Positions 9,143 to 19,528 of a stretch of DNA of 64,000 nt are shown here, in pieces. The notes beneath the pieces were generated by a model, which worked only from the letters and a program-made list of their open reading frames with translations, was not told the DNA's origin and made no database searches. The stretch lies in NCBI GenBank assembly GCA_003598135.1, contig QZKA01000026.1, forward strand, positions 11,258-75,257, in the 5' to 3' direction. The position numbers and the translations under genes are program-made. Position 1 is the stretch's first letter; each line of letters begins with the position of its first letter. This DNA comes from Candidatus Omnitrophota bacterium. Lineage in GTDB: Bacteria; Omnitrophota; Gorgyraeia; Gygaellales; Profunditerraquicolaceae.

Positions 9143-11790
9143 TATCCACCTACGGTCACTTTAGGAATAATCGCCAATATCGTCACCGGGAGCGGGTCTA
9201 TCTGCCTGAAGAATACGTTCCCGCCCTCTTTATAATCACCGGTGATTGGTTGCTTATGCGGCCCTGTATAAAGCACAATCGGCGAACCCATCGGTTCATT
9301 GGTGCGCTGCACTATTTCATCAAGATGGTCTTTATCCGGGCCGATCCATCCGCCCCTTGAGTTAAGGAAATAGAATTGTACCTGCGCTACTTTTAAAAGC
9401 TTCCCTTGCGTTGTCCCGGAAGCAAGATTAAATTCAATGTTAAGAGTCTCCAAGTCGGCCGTGTATGGCAATCCCACATGCACAATAGATGCGTAGACCG
9501 GAAGAGTAATGCTTCCGCTCTCTACCGTGATGCCGTCTATTACATTCCCATCAGCTAATATAGCCACTTCCTTATCTTCAAGGTGGTCAAGCCCAGAAAA
9601 AGTGTTTTCCGCCTTCCGCACTTCCCCGCCCGATTCGTAGGCAGAGAATGCTGTCCCGTCTATATCTGTATCGTCCTCTTCATCCGTAAGCTCAAAGGTA
9701 TACGTCGTGGCATTCGCTACCTTATATCGAAGATCGTTTATTTCAGCCATTCCCTGTACGTCACGTATGTCGACAAGATCTCCATTGCTAAATCCGTGCG
9801 CTTCTGAAGTGGTGATCACCACCGGTTCTGCTTTCGTGGCCCCGGTTATTGTCTTTGGCGAATCATAACTTATCCCGCAATCCACGAAGAATTGGTCCCG
9901 CGGGTCGGTTGATACCATGCGCTGCGTGAGGCGTTCAATAAATCTCTGGCTCCCTCTTTTCACTATAAACCATACCTCGTCATACGTATCTCCGGGGATA
10001 CAGGCTACCGATTCAAAGTCGCCATCGGTATCATGCCATGCCCAGGCGACCACTTCTTGCTCTCTTAAATAGGTAAGGGATAGTAAGATGCCATCATTCC
10101 TGAGACACCATAAAATGCTATCCGGTTCTGCCTGATACGCCATGGCTACGATTGAATGATTCTGAAATAAATGATTTGATAACAGGCTCAGTGGATCACC
10201 CGTATAGCCGTCGGTCGCGTAGTCATACACAAGGTCGCGCACAATAGAGCCTTTGGGTTGTATGAATATTATCCGATTCCCTATGATCTCGGGGGTTACC
10301 TCTGAGCTTCCCCTGCTCCCCTGGAATTGCTGGCTTATGGAAGTAGGTGTTATTATCCCGCTTAAAGCCGGTCCTATACTCCATTCACTTGACGAAGTAA
10401 AAGCGATAATTTTACCAAGAGACACAAGATGCCTGATGGCATTCATCTTCCGGCTTGGAAGATTAACAGTGATTCCATCCGAGTCAACGAGTGGATCGCT
10501 TCGTCCGAAGTTCACATAATTGCTGGTTTTTGTACCCCATGTCGTCTGAGGTTCTGCTTTAGTTGAAGCAAAAACTACCCTATCTTGATAAAAATTGACA
10601 GTTGCGGGATATCCTCGATAATCAGACCATGCACCTTCTGACCAATCAGCGGTTGCGGAAGCAAGCCCTATCTCTTCCTGCACCTCTGCTTCTACTTCTG
10701 TGGCAGAAGTATAGTCAGATATCTTTGCGATACCTACGTGAGTATATGCATCGGTGGTAAGATCTACGTTGATCGTGCCGCTTGTATAGCTGTGGCAATT
10801 TATTCTTACCAGAAACGGCCGTTCTTCATCTTCTTCCCCGTACGTGTTGGGATTATAGTCATCGGCTGACGAGAATGACCGTATGGTCGTCCAGGTAGTG
10901 CCTCCGTCGGTTGACTTCTCTACTTTTATTTTTCCCGTCCATGTACCATGAGTGATAATACGCCACGTCCCGCCGCATTTTATGGCTGTCCCCTGCCCTG
11001 TGCCGGTAAATGCACCTGTATATGATTGCCCTTCTATATAGTGGTCAAACTTAAATAATGCTCCTACATGCAGGATGTCAAATAAACCCTCTGATGCGGT
11101 TAAGGTTATCGTGCCGGTCGTGGCTGAGGGGGTAATGGTTTTTACTGTCACATTCTGCGACATGAACGGACCGTCTTCAAAAGGATATAATTCAAGGCGC
11201 CAGGAAATATGAGAATATCTCGAGAGAGTGCGGGGATAAAAATCAGAACTGGTGATGTACAATACATCGGCTGACTGCACAAATTTAAGCCCTACGAGAT
11301 CTGTTTCTGCGTATGGCGTTTCTATCTCATAGACGCTTGATTCTTCCCAATCAGTGGTATTCCCTGGAGGAGTATTGTGATCGGTCCCGTTTGAGGTATG
11401 GTTAGTCTTGGAGCGATAGATAACATCGCTTACTTTGACAAAATCGCCTATGTAATAATCAACGCCTGATGCCCAGGCGGCCGTAGACGTGGGGGCGATA
11501 ATCTGCCCACCGTTCATATAAAAACGGCAGTAGTACTCCCCAAACTCTATCATGTAGGCTTGCTCTTTTGAAAATTCAAAAGGCACAAGCCGCCCATACT
11601 TGTTGCCGTATTTTGCGGAGGCTATATATTGTAGGCCGGGGCGGTTCGATGCTCCGCCATGCGGATGCACGAAGAAATTGCGCAGAGTCTTGCAGCCTGA
11701 ATTATAGCGCTGCAGGTCAACGCGCTCCCATAAACTCGGGGCAAATTCACCACCGGTAAACGCAGGTTTTAATGCGCTGATAGGCTGCAT
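9142..11790 (-). CDS. tail tubular protein B-like (T7 gp12-like), 882 aa
   Basis: N-terminus LKPAFTGGEFAPSLWERVDLQRYNSG...NRPGL parallels T7 gp12 LKGGISQQPDILRYPDQG...KRPPL; large beta-rich protein followed by ejection-protein genes. Confidence 0.55.
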   Translation of the reverse strand: MQPISALKPAFTGGEFAPSLWERVDLQRYNSGCKTLRNFFVHPHGGASNRPGLQYIASAKYGNKYGRLVPFEFSKEQAYMIEFGEYYCRFYMNGGQIIAPTSTAAWASGVDYYIGDFVKVSDVIYRSKTNHTSNGTDHNTPPGNTTDWEESSVYEIETPYAETDLVGLKFVQSADVLYITSSDFYPRTLSRYSHISWRLELYPFEDGPFMSQNVTVKTITPSATTGTITLTASEGLFDILHVGALFKFDHYIEGQSYTGAFTGTGQGTAIKCGGTWRIITHGTWTGKIKVEKSTDGGTTWTTIRSFSSADDYNPNTYGEEDEERPFLVRINCHSYTSGTINVDLTTDAYTHVGIAKISDYTSATEVEAEVQEEIGLASATADWSEGAWSDYRGYPATVNFYQDRVVFASTKAEPQTTWGTKTSNYVNFGRSDPLVDSDGITVNLPSRKMNAIRHLVSLGKIIAFTSSSEWSIGPALSGIITPTSISQQFQGSRGSSEVTPEIIGNRIIFIQPKGSIVRDLVYDYATDGYTGDPLSLLSNHLFQNHSIVAMAYQAEPDSILWCLRNDGILLSLTYLREQEVVAWAWHDTDGDFESVACIPGDTYDEVWFIVKRGSQRFIERLTQRMVSTDPRDQFFVDCGISYDSPKTITGATKAEPVVITTSEAHGFSNGDLVDIRDVQGMAEINDLRYKVANATTYTFELTDEEDDTDIDGTAFSAYESGGEVRKAENTFSGLDHLEDKEVAILADGNVIDGITVESGSITLPVYASIVHVGLPYTADLETLNIEFNLASGTTQGKLLKVAQVQFYFLNSRGGWIGPDKDHLDEIVQRTNEPMGSPIVLYTGPHKQPITGDYKEGGNVFFRQIDPLPVTILAIIPKVTVGG

Positions 11791-11792
11791 CG

Positions 11793-12125
11793 TTATCCTA
11801 AAAGGCTGGGTTCTTTTTCTTTCTTCTTGTCTTTCCCTACGATCTCGCCTTCTTTGAGCTCAAAGGTTACTATCTTGCGCCATTCATTATCCTCAAAACC
11901 GCAGATCTTGCCCTTAAGCCTTATCTCTACCTCATCGTTACGCTTCACATCTTTATCGATGATAAACGAAAGTGGCAAGTCTACTTTTGGATATGTTACC
12001 TTTGGGCCATTATCCGGGTGGTCGTATATCTTTTCATCGCGCTTAGTACCTAAATCTTTCATCTGTCTCCTTTCACCTCGCGTCTTCAAAAGACGAGGAT
12101 TCCGTTGGCTTGATGTTTTTTTCAA
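11793..12125 (-). CDS. small basic phage protein, 110 aa (true start may be the internal Met at 12062)
   Basis: ORF in a coupled position between tail genes. Confidence 0.4.
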   Translation of the reverse strand: MKKTSSQRNPRLLKTRGERRQMKDLGTKRDEKIYDHPDNGPKVTYPKVDLPLSFIIDKDVKRNDEVEIRLKGKICGFEDNEWRKIVTFELKEGEIVGKDKKKEKEPSLLG

Positions 12126-12993
12126 TATCGTTTATCCTGGCGGCGTCGCTTACCATCGAGCCGTATATTTGAAGCATCGTTTTTGCAATGGTGTCGTCGC
12201 CGGTAAGAGGTTTTGCAATTTGCGCAGCAAGCAAAAAAGAAAACGCCATCACAAAAGACACGTCGAATAAAGTAGCATCTACGACCTGATAGGTATATTC
12301 GGCGTAGGCATCCTCATAATCACAAGCAATTACCTTCCTATTGATTGAAGGAAGAAGCAAGGTTTCGTATTCTATGGGCGGTGGATTCTTGTTCCCGGTG
12401 TCCACGAATATCTTACGTATACAAAGGCATTTTACTGGATAACCGTATACATATCCCCATCCGGAACATGTTTGGTCCGCTAATTCCGCGAGAGGCGCCT
12501 TCACCGAAGCAAATCTCCAAGCTTTTGCCCTTAAAACCGCGTCCCTGCTGATTTCGTATATCCTGTTTAAAGCACGCGCACTCTCCAGTTCATCGGTAAG
12601 AGACACTATCGGACTTACACCAATATGCGCTAATGCAAGGTTGCAAATAGCAATGTCAGAAGTAGATGTCCTTCCGAGTATCGCGGTAGGATAATCATCC
12701 GAGCTCACCGCTATGAATGCCTGCGGATACTTTACGTCAAGCGTAGAATCTTCTATCAACACCATATATGTATCTTCTGTAGGCGGAGTAAAACTCTGCT
12801 TCCAGAAAATATCATAATCCCACGTCATAGATCCGCTCGCCTCTGCTACCTGGAAGGCAAGGGTGCTGAAATTCCAGTAATACCCATCTAAAAGACGGCG
12901 TATCGTAATTGTCACTGTGTCGGTAGATACACTTTCCGGAATGGCCTCAACAATGGGAAAATATTGATTGGCTACGATTATCATATATTTCAT
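12073..12993 (-). CDS. putative tail tubular A/adaptor-like structural protein, 306 aa
   Basis: Sits immediately upstream of the gp12-like gene. Confidence 0.45.
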   Translation of the reverse strand: MKYMIIVANQYFPIVEAIPESVSTDTVTITIRRLLDGYYWNFSTLAFQVAEASGSMTWDYDIFWKQSFTPPTEDTYMVLIEDSTLDVKYPQAFIAVSSDDYPTAILGRTSTSDIAICNLALAHIGVSPIVSLTDELESARALNRIYEISRDAVLRAKAWRFASVKAPLAELADQTCSGWGYVYGYPVKCLCIRKIFVDTGNKNPPPIEYETLLLPSINRKVIACDYEDAYAEYTYQVVDATLFDVSFVMAFSFLLAAQIAKPLTGDDTIAKTMLQIYGSMVSDAARINDIEKNIKPTESSSFEDAR

Positions 12994-13002
12994 ATTGTCT
13001 CC

Positions 13003-14511
13003 TTACCTCTGTATTCTGATCATCCTTTCAATACCTGTATAATTTCCGGCTTCTTTTTCGCCGTTTGTATAGTTGCCGATTTGCTGCAACGTTGAGGTGG
13101 TAGCGTTGTTTATGATCCCCAATGCCCCCTTGATCGCCACTTTCTCTGCCTCGCCCCAGTCACCGGTCCCCGATGTCGGCAGCACGTTCATTTTATTCCC
13201 CATGGTGCCGGTGCCGTTGTAGGAAGCCATAGTCGCGTTCCACACTCCGCCGGTGATGTTGGCGATATCCCCCGCGCCGATAGTGGCATTTATCGATTGC
13301 GTGAGCGTCCTGGTCGCATAACCCCATACGTCAGAGGCGCCTAATGTCGAGCGCGAGGATACGGCCGCGTCAAGATATCCGGCCTTGGTTGCATTCCAGG
13401 TAGTATCTGATGTCATATTGCCGGCTGGTTTCTTGTCCCACAGGCCTTTTAAGTAAGTCCCTGCGTAGCCTGCGCCGCTATATCCAGAGATATCCTTATT
13501 CCAGATGTTCGTATATTCGCCTGAGTCAAGTGTAACGCCTGTCTTGTTGGTAATATTCGTTACTAACGGAATGACTGCGCCGGTATGGGCGTTATTGGAA
13601 AGAATAACCTTATTATCTGTGCCAAGCACCCAGTCGGCGAGTTTCTTGCCGATTGAGCCGGCAGTTGTCAGCGCTGAGGTAAGCGCGTCCCAAATGGACT
13701 GTATCGCGGCAGCTGAGAGGCTCCCTATCGATCCGCTTAGGTTGCCGGTGATATTGCCTGTCAGGTTGAACGCTTGCGCGCCTGAGAGGCTGTAACCGGC
13801 CTTATCTGACACGGTAGAGGCGGTATATCCGGTTTTGTCGTCATTCGTGCCTACCGTGACCTTCCCTGCGCTCGTGATGAGCAGACTTGAGAAGTTGCCC
13901 GGGAATGACTGGCTTAAGGTATAACCTGTCTTGTCATTATTGGTCGTGACAGTTACGCCGGTCTGCGGCGTTGACTTGGTATAATTTGAAGCGTCGAATT
14001 GGATTTTGTCGGTCTGTGCCTTGATAGCTACGGAAGTACCATTGATTGATGTAACTGTGCCGTTGATTATTCCCGTGTCGTTCTTGATTGCCTCAAGCCC
14101 GAATGTGGCGTTGTTTATAATGGCATAAGAATCGCTCTCGAGTTTCGAAACGATATCTATTGTTTTTCTGAACGTCCGTACGCCAGCCTTATCCACGTAT
14201 ACTATTAATTCACCTTCTGTATCTGTCATTACTGAGGTAGTATTAAGCCTATACAATCCTGGCATATTAGTTGCATTAATCTCAGTCCATTCAGGCGATG
14301 TAAGGTTTATCGCTTCACCACCCGCCTTTGAGTAATATACTATTGGGGAAGTAACTCCGACCGTCCCAGTGTATCCATCGGTGGAATTGACCAGGAGGAT
14401 AGCAATAGGCGTGATCGAGTTCTGTTTTATCTCAAGCGCAAAGGCGCTTGTAACAAGCATGACACACAAGAATAAAGACAGCAACTTTTCGATAATGGAC
14501 AGTTTCTTCAT
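13003..14511 (-). CDS. tail fibre-like protein with signal peptide and an N/T/G-rich repetitive domain, 502 aa
   Basis: N-terminal signal sequence; repeats NDKTGYTLS / NDDKTGYTAS / SDKAGYSLS; Asn-Thr-Gly-rich composition typical of fibres. Confidence 0.55.
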   Translation of the reverse strand: MKKLSIIEKLLSLFLCVMLVTSAFALEIKQNSITPIAILLVNSTDGYTGTVGVTSPIVYYSKAGGEAINLTSPEWTEINATNMPGLYRLNTTSVMTDTEGELIVYVDKAGVRTFRKTIDIVSKLESDSYAIINNATFGLEAIKNDTGIINGTVTSINGTSVAIKAQTDKIQFDASNYTKSTPQTGVTVTTNNDKTGYTLSQSFPGNFSSLLITSAGKVTVGTNDDKTGYTASTVSDKAGYSLSGAQAFNLTGNITGNLSGSIGSLSAAAIQSIWDALTSALTTAGSIGKKLADWVLGTDNKVILSNNAHTGAVIPLVTNITNKTGVTLDSGEYTNIWNKDISGYSGAGYAGTYLKGLWDKKPAGNMTSDTTWNATKAGYLDAAVSSRSTLGASDVWGYATRTLTQSINATIGAGDIANITGGVWNATMASYNGTGTMGNKMNVLPTSGTGDWGEAEKVAIKGALGIINNATTSTLQQIGNYTNGEKEAGNYTGIERMIRIQR

Positions 14512-15680
14512 TGGTCAAATCCCCCGTTAAATTTATAATCACCATAATAAATCGTTCCATTGCCGCCGCCGGATGTAGTATTCACTCCGGTAACAAGCAG
14601 TGAACCAATATATACCTTCGTTTTATTATCTACCCATGCGCCTTCGTCAGTGCGTTGTGTTGCATACATAAAATCACCGAATTCAGAAGATTGGTTCTTT
14701 ATAATTTCGTCCGGATACGCGTAATACTGCCACGTCATTGTTTCTGTTGTTTGGTTAGTGAATATAATAAACCGATATGTTTCTCCCTGGTTTAATGTAA
14801 TTGTAGGCCAGCCTACTCTATAAGGCCCGTGGTTATTTGATTGGCGTACACCTATATTAACCGTGGTATTGGAAAGTACTACATTCGTTGCATTCAGTAT
14901 TTTTATGAAGCCAAAATTAGTATCACATTTAAGTGCAAGATACGCACCTGACACGTTCATCGTAAACGGCGGAATAATGACATTGCCTATTTCATCGGGG
15001 TCAAGATTGCTTCTTACGGTATCTTTTCCTTGTTGTGCAATCGAAGAAAGCCCAGTAACAAATGGCGTTGAACCGTCGCTATACTCCAGTCCACCAAGCC
15101 CTTGACTAACTCCCCTTGCCCAGGAAGTGGTATATAGGGCGGTATAGGGGTGCAATCCGCCAAAATATGCTGATACCCGAGATACAGTAAAATTGCCATA
15201 GTCGCTTCCAGGATTTTTTATAGTAAGTGCTGCCACACTGCCTGCAAGCCCTGTTACATTCACAGGCTGATTGAGAGAGACAGTATGATAAGTATTATTA
15301 TGTGTATCGGCAATAAGCCTATATATTGCTTGCGAATCAGCGCCAAGCAATGAACCGGAAGGATCTCCTGACGATAAATTAACCGTTTCTAAAGCTACCG
15401 TTGCATTTGCACCGGTGCTTACGCCAGTAGTTCTAAAAGATACTTTAGAGATAGTGCCATTTTTAGGGATATAAAATATAAAAGCTGCTGTCTCATCGGC
15501 GGCATCAACCAACATCGTAGCGATTGCAGGCTCTCCCGCGGCATTAGTAGCTTCGATAGGGAAAAGGAACGCCCCGCTTATCATTGCGCTATAACCGACT
15601 TTTAAAATCAGCACTATGGACAATGCCAATGGACATAATATACCAGATGCTTTAATTTTATTCCGCACTCCACGCCTCAT
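14508..15680 (-). CDS. secreted/anchored N,T-rich structural protein, 390 aa (fibre/spike-like)
   Basis: N-terminal hydrophobic segment; NxT/S-rich, beta-rich composition. Confidence 0.5.
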   Translation of the reverse strand: MRRGVRNKIKASGILCPLALSIVLILKVGYSAMISGAFLFPIEATNAAGEPAIATMLVDAADETAAFIFYIPKNGTISKVSFRTTGVSTGANATVALETVNLSSGDPSGSLLGADSQAIYRLIADTHNNTYHTVSLNQPVNVTGLAGSVAALTIKNPGSDYGNFTVSRVSAYFGGLHPYTALYTTSWARGVSQGLGGLEYSDGSTPFVTGLSSIAQQGKDTVRSNLDPDEIGNVIIPPFTMNVSGAYLALKCDTNFGFIKILNATNVVLSNTTVNIGVRQSNNHGPYRVGWPTITLNQGETYRFIIFTNQTTETMTWQYYAYPDEIIKNQSSEFGDFMYATQRTDEGAWVDNKTKVYIGSLLVTGVNTTSGGGNGTIYYGDYKFNGGFDQ

Positions 15681-15972
15681 CTTTTTGAATATCTACTTTT
15701 GTGCTAATGGTATAATTTAATAAAGATTGTGCTTTTGATTTTTTGAAAAAAACTTTGATTTGTTTAAGCGCTTCGCTGTCATTATCAGACTGAGGTTCCT
15801 TTACCTCATCCTTAGTGGTGATTTCCACAACTTCGCCCTTCTCATTCTCGATATTGATATGTCTGCACGTATTTCCATTAGGCGCAATGACGATAGTATA
15901 ATTTTCTCCCCACGCCCTTCCACCTACCGCCAATCCCAGCACCAGCGCCATTGCTATAATCAGTTTTTTCAT
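15658..15972 (-). CDS. small secreted protein, 104 aa
   Basis: Signal peptide MKKLIIAMALVLGLAVGGRAWG. Confidence 0.45.
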   Translation of the reverse strand: MKKLIIAMALVLGLAVGGRAWGENYTIVIAPNGNTCRHINIENEKGEVVEITTKDEVKEPQSDNDSEALKQIKVFFKKSKAQSLLNYTISTKVDIQKDEAWSAE

Positions 15973-16022
15973 AGGGTTACTCCTTAAATAGCGGGCCCGC
16001 CGTAGGACGGACCCGCGATTGC

Positions 16023-16358
16023 TTACTTCTGCTGGCGCTTCTTAGCCTTGGCAACAATAGCCCTTATTTTCTGCTGGCTGATGTCTCTGGCTAACACTTC
16101 CAGTAATTCTTCTTGATTCAGTACCTCGGCATCTTTAATACCGTGGCTCTTGGCTTCAACCAACAGCTCTTCGCGTGCTACAGCAGCTGCAGTCGTTGGT
16201 TCTTCCTGCTTCTGCTCTTTGACTGCTGCGGATTCTGCTTTTATCTTTTTAAAATGCTTAGGAGGATTCATTTCAGGGTCTATCTCTACAATCTCCCCCT
16301 TCTCCCAGTACCTGTTTTGGAATCCGTAACAGTCTCTTAAAACTTCGTACTTAGCCAT
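16023..16358 (-). CDS. phage protein with a C-terminal HeH/Rho-N-like motif, 111 aa
   Basis: C-terminal LLVEAKSHGIKDAEVLNQEELLEVLA resembles a Rho-N/HeH DNA-binding motif. Confidence 0.45.
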   Translation of the reverse strand: MAKYEVLRDCYGFQNRYWEKGEIVEIDPEMNPPKHFKKIKAESAAVKEQKQEEPTTAAAVAREELLVEAKSHGIKDAEVLNQEELLEVLARDISQQKIRAIVAKAKKRQQK

Positions 16359-16372
16359 GTTTTCCTTTCTCC

Positions 16373-17128
16373 TTACGCGTCAGCAATGGTAAAAGTAACC
16401 TGCAGCATAAATGCCGGCGGGTTAGCAGTAGATCCATTGGTTACGGCAAGGACTAATTTTTCCCCAGCTGCCAATACTTTGTATGTTCCGCTTAATGCTC
16501 CTAAGCTGCCGGAAGCATTTTCATCCGGGAACGGAGTTTCGTTATCATAGGTTGCCGTGGCAATAGCGTTTGAGCCGTTCTTAATGGCTACTGCGCAGGT
16601 GTTACCGGCATCAATACCGGCCGCTGTGCCGTGCGAGATGATCCTGGCATCGGTAATGGTAAAGACCATCCCCGTGGGTACTTCGAGTAAGGCTTTAGCC
16701 GCGATATCCGCACCCGCTGCGAGATCTTCTACCTGATAATTAACTACCCTGGTGTTTGCCGTTGCCGTCATCTTTGCAGGCGGCAAGAAGCCGTCGGCAA
16801 ACAATGCTCTGGTAGAAGCATCTGCAACAAAAGCGCCGTCTGCGATAAGAAGAAGCAGTACGGCGTTTGTGAAGCTGTCGGCATCAAACTTAGCCAAGAC
16901 CGTAGCAGCATCGAAGAAATCATCTGCTATCTTGCCTCTGCCTGCAGCGGAAGCTGCCAAGGCCCCGGCAAGTATCTTGGCTGTCGTCACCGCATCATCT
17001 GCGGGCGTGCCGGTGGTTACCGCTTTGGAATTCGTTCCGTCATGATCATGCCCATTCGCCGTGTCAAAGACAAGGCAAAGTAGGTCGACCAGTTCGGCCA
17101 CGTTTTTGAAATTGTAATATACGCTCAT
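16373..17128 (-). CDS. putative virion structural/decoration protein, 251 aa
   Basis: Ala/Thr/Gly-rich beta-type composition in the head-gene block. Confidence 0.45.
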   Translation of the reverse strand: MSVYYNFKNVAELVDLLCLVFDTANGHDHDGTNSKAVTTGTPADDAVTTAKILAGALAASAAGRGKIADDFFDAATVLAKFDADSFTNAVLLLLIADGAFVADASTRALFADGFLPPAKMTATANTRVVNYQVEDLAAGADIAAKALLEVPTGMVFTITDARIISHGTAAGIDAGNTCAVAIKNGSNAIATATYDNETPFPDENASGSLGALSGTYKVLAAGEKLVLAVTNGSTANPPAFMLQVTFTIADA

Positions 17129-17148
17129 GGTTCTCCTCTCTGGTTAAT

Positions 17149-17177
17149 AAGGGGCCTGCTTTATGGGCAGGCCCCTT
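17149..17177 (-). terminator. GC-rich hairpin (AGGGGCCTGC...GCAGGCCCCT) after the capsid-proximal genes
   Basis: 10-bp perfect GC stem between two same-strand genes; weak U-tract. Confidence 0.4.
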
Positions 17178-17187
17178 GGTTACCTAC

Positions 17188-17598
17188 TTAGGCTATGTTC
17201 ACATCCGGTGTTAAAAACGCATCGATGGTGCCGGAAGTTATGGCTTCTCCGCTTTCAGTGTAATAAAGCCTGATATATCTCTGCAGGCCCGGAGGAAGCT
17301 TAATCTTCCAGACGATTGTGTTGACAGTCAAAGCTGCTTGCGCGAACGTCTTTGAGACATGGACTATTTTGGTGCTGTTTGTGGAAAAATCTTCCACGCT
17401 GTCGCTTTCCAAGGCGATATTCAAAGAAGCTCCGTGCCCTGAAGAGTCTATAGCCGTACCTATCCTCACTACGAGGTAAAGCTCAGCTCCGGCGACTGCG
17501 TCACCGGCTTTCGTCATGTCTATGACATTGGTGCTTGCGCCTGTAGCATCCGTGGCAGCCTGAAGCGCGGAAAATAAAAGATGTGCATCTTTAATCAT
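17188..17598 (-). CDS. small head-associated protein, 136 aa
   Basis: ORF directly downstream of the capsid gene. Confidence 0.45.
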   Translation of the reverse strand: MIKDAHLLFSALQAATDATGASTNVIDMTKAGDAVAGAELYLVVRIGTAIDSSGHGASLNIALESDSVEDFSTNSTKIVHVSKTFAQAALTVNTIVWKIKLPPGLQRYIRLYYTESGEAITSGTIDAFLTPDVNIA

Positions 17599-17635
17599 GG
17601 TATCTCTCCTTCGTTTAGTTTCGGTTAAACTACGT

Positions 17636-18643
17636 TTACGATACTAATGATTCGGTGTTGAGGATCTTGTCGCACCGACGGATAGGAATGCCGAAGAAGC
17701 GCGTAATCGGCTTTCCGTTCTCAAGGCTGTCGATGGTAAGATTTACATTGCTCTTGTTGTACGCCTTGATGTCGAGGGCGGTTTTCACCGTCTTGTTGCA
17801 GTACCACGCTACGCGCCCTACGTTGAGAGTGGGTACTTTGTTCAAGGCCTGAATCATGAGCTTGATGAGGTTCGCTGAGACATCAGAGGTGTCGCCGGCT
17901 GTGGCCAATGCAGACACTTCCAGGTTGCAGATACGCACGGCATATCTCCAGTCTCTCACTGCAAGACCCAAACGGGTCTTGTACTGATCGATGTAGGCGC
18001 GGAACTGCCCTGCCGGGGTCTGGTCGTCGTTCACGAGCTGCTTGCCTAAATCTTCATGCTCGATGCCTGCCTTGGTGCCGCGGGGATAAAATGCATGGAT
18101 GGTATTCTCGCCCCATACCACTAACCAGATCGAGGTATTATCTGTATCTGCGCTGCCGCCCAAGATCACGTTTTCGCCTGAGGCTGCAGTCGTAGATGAG
18201 TAATACGCGGAAAGGCCGGTGAATCTCTCAGGGTTCGTTTCTACGTTGCCGTAGAAAAACGTGGTGGCCATGGTCTGAGAGATTGCCTCAATGAACGGGG
18301 CATTCTCAGAAAGCCTGAAGGCTGCTTTGTCAACTGCAATGTTGACGAGCTCTTCGTCAACGCGGCCCAAGCCTTCGATGATACCGGCAGTAAACAACTG
18401 CTGCTTGGTTTGAGACTTAGAGGGCTGCACGCCTCTGTTTATCTGTCTCCAGGCGACTGTCGGCAAGCCTGTTCTTATGGTACTCTTATGGCCGGTCGTG
18501 GTGTTTCCTTCGATGAACACGAGATCGCTCAATATCTCGTTGACCTCGTTCATCATTTCTGCGATGCGGGCAATTTTCCCGTTCGGATCAAGCCGTCTTG
18601 CATGATCCATCAGGGTTAAATTTGTATTCGCGATAGTAGGCAT
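17636..18643 (-). CDS. major capsid protein (HK97-fold type), 335 aa
   Basis: Size and position immediately after the scaffold gene in portal-scaffold-capsid order. Confidence 0.55.
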   Translation of the reverse strand: MPTIANTNLTLMDHARRLDPNGKIARIAEMMNEVNEILSDLVFIEGNTTTGHKSTIRTGLPTVAWRQINRGVQPSKSQTKQQLFTAGIIEGLGRVDEELVNIAVDKAAFRLSENAPFIEAISQTMATTFFYGNVETNPERFTGLSAYYSSTTAASGENVILGGSADTDNTSIWLVVWGENTIHAFYPRGTKAGIEHEDLGKQLVNDDQTPAGQFRAYIDQYKTRLGLAVRDWRYAVRICNLEVSALATAGDTSDVSANLIKLMIQALNKVPTLNVGRVAWYCNKTVKTALDIKAYNKSNVNLTIDSLENGKPITRFFGIPIRRCDKILNTESLVS

Positions 18644-18675
18644 GGTTCTGCTCCTTTTTTTAGATTGAGGTTAAA

Positions 18676-19482
18676 TTACTTTGTTTCATTCATCCCGGGG
18701 TAAAACAAATCGGCGTCGGTCTTCTTGCCGCTTCGGTCAACGCCATGCACGAACGTATCTTCGCCTATGGCCTTGCCTACTTTTATGAAGAACCTCACCA
18801 TCTCTTTGTGGTTAGCGACTCCTGTTTGCTTAAGAAGTACCCGCAATTCAGGCGTGCCGAATTGTTCGATGGCTCTCCCCGCATGCACCAACTCTTTCTT
18901 GTAATCAGCCCCTAACTCCTGGACGGTCTCTTTCTTCCAGGCAGTTACGGTCTCATTAAAGTTTTTCAGCAAGCCATCGCTTATCTGCTGCGTGTACTTT
19001 ACCTGAAGGTCTACTAACTTCTGAGCTGCCTCTTGGCTGAGATTAGCTTCCTTGGCCACTGTCTTGAATTCATCAAGCATCAGCTGGTTGATCTCTATGC
19101 CGTCAGGCAACTTGAATTCAGCATACGTTTCAGGCGCTCCTTTTTCTTGCGCTGCTTTCTTTGCATCATCCTGGGCTTTTATTAAGGCTGTTTTTTTGAC
19201 TTTATCTTCAGCAGACAGATCCTCATCTTTAGCCTCAAGAAGCCTTTTCTCTTCCTTGGTCTTGACGATACCAGATTTCTTCTCCTTGTCCTCTGCGGAC
19301 AAGTCTTCATCCTTTGCTTCCAAGAGTCTTTTCTCTTCTGCTTCCTGCGTTTGTTTAGCTGCGGCAATCTCTTCCGGAGTCTGTGCTGCCCTCTCTTTCC
19401 CGGCTTCAACATCTCCGCCGTCAAGAAGGCTTGATACTTCCTCTGATTCCTGAGGTTTTACTGTTCCGTTTGGCTCTGGCAT
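18676..19482 (-). CDS. scaffolding protein, 268 aa
   Basis: Acidic coiled-coil protein with a tandem 28-aa repeat (EEKRLLEAKDEDLSAEDK.. x2) between portal and capsid. Confidence 0.55.
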   Translation of the reverse strand: MPEPNGTVKPQESEEVSSLLDGGDVEAGKERAAQTPEEIAAAKQTQEAEEKRLLEAKDEDLSAEDKEKKSGIVKTKEEKRLLEAKDEDLSAEDKVKKTALIKAQDDAKKAAQEKGAPETYAEFKLPDGIEINQLMLDEFKTVAKEANLSQEAAQKLVDLQVKYTQQISDGLLKNFNETVTAWKKETVQELGADYKKELVHAGRAIEQFGTPELRVLLKQTGVANHKEMVRFFIKVGKAIGEDTFVHGVDRSGKKTDADLFYPGMNETK

Positions 19483-19528
19483 CTTTAACTCCTTTGTTTA
19501 TGCTCCTCTTAGCCGATACGCGCTGTCC

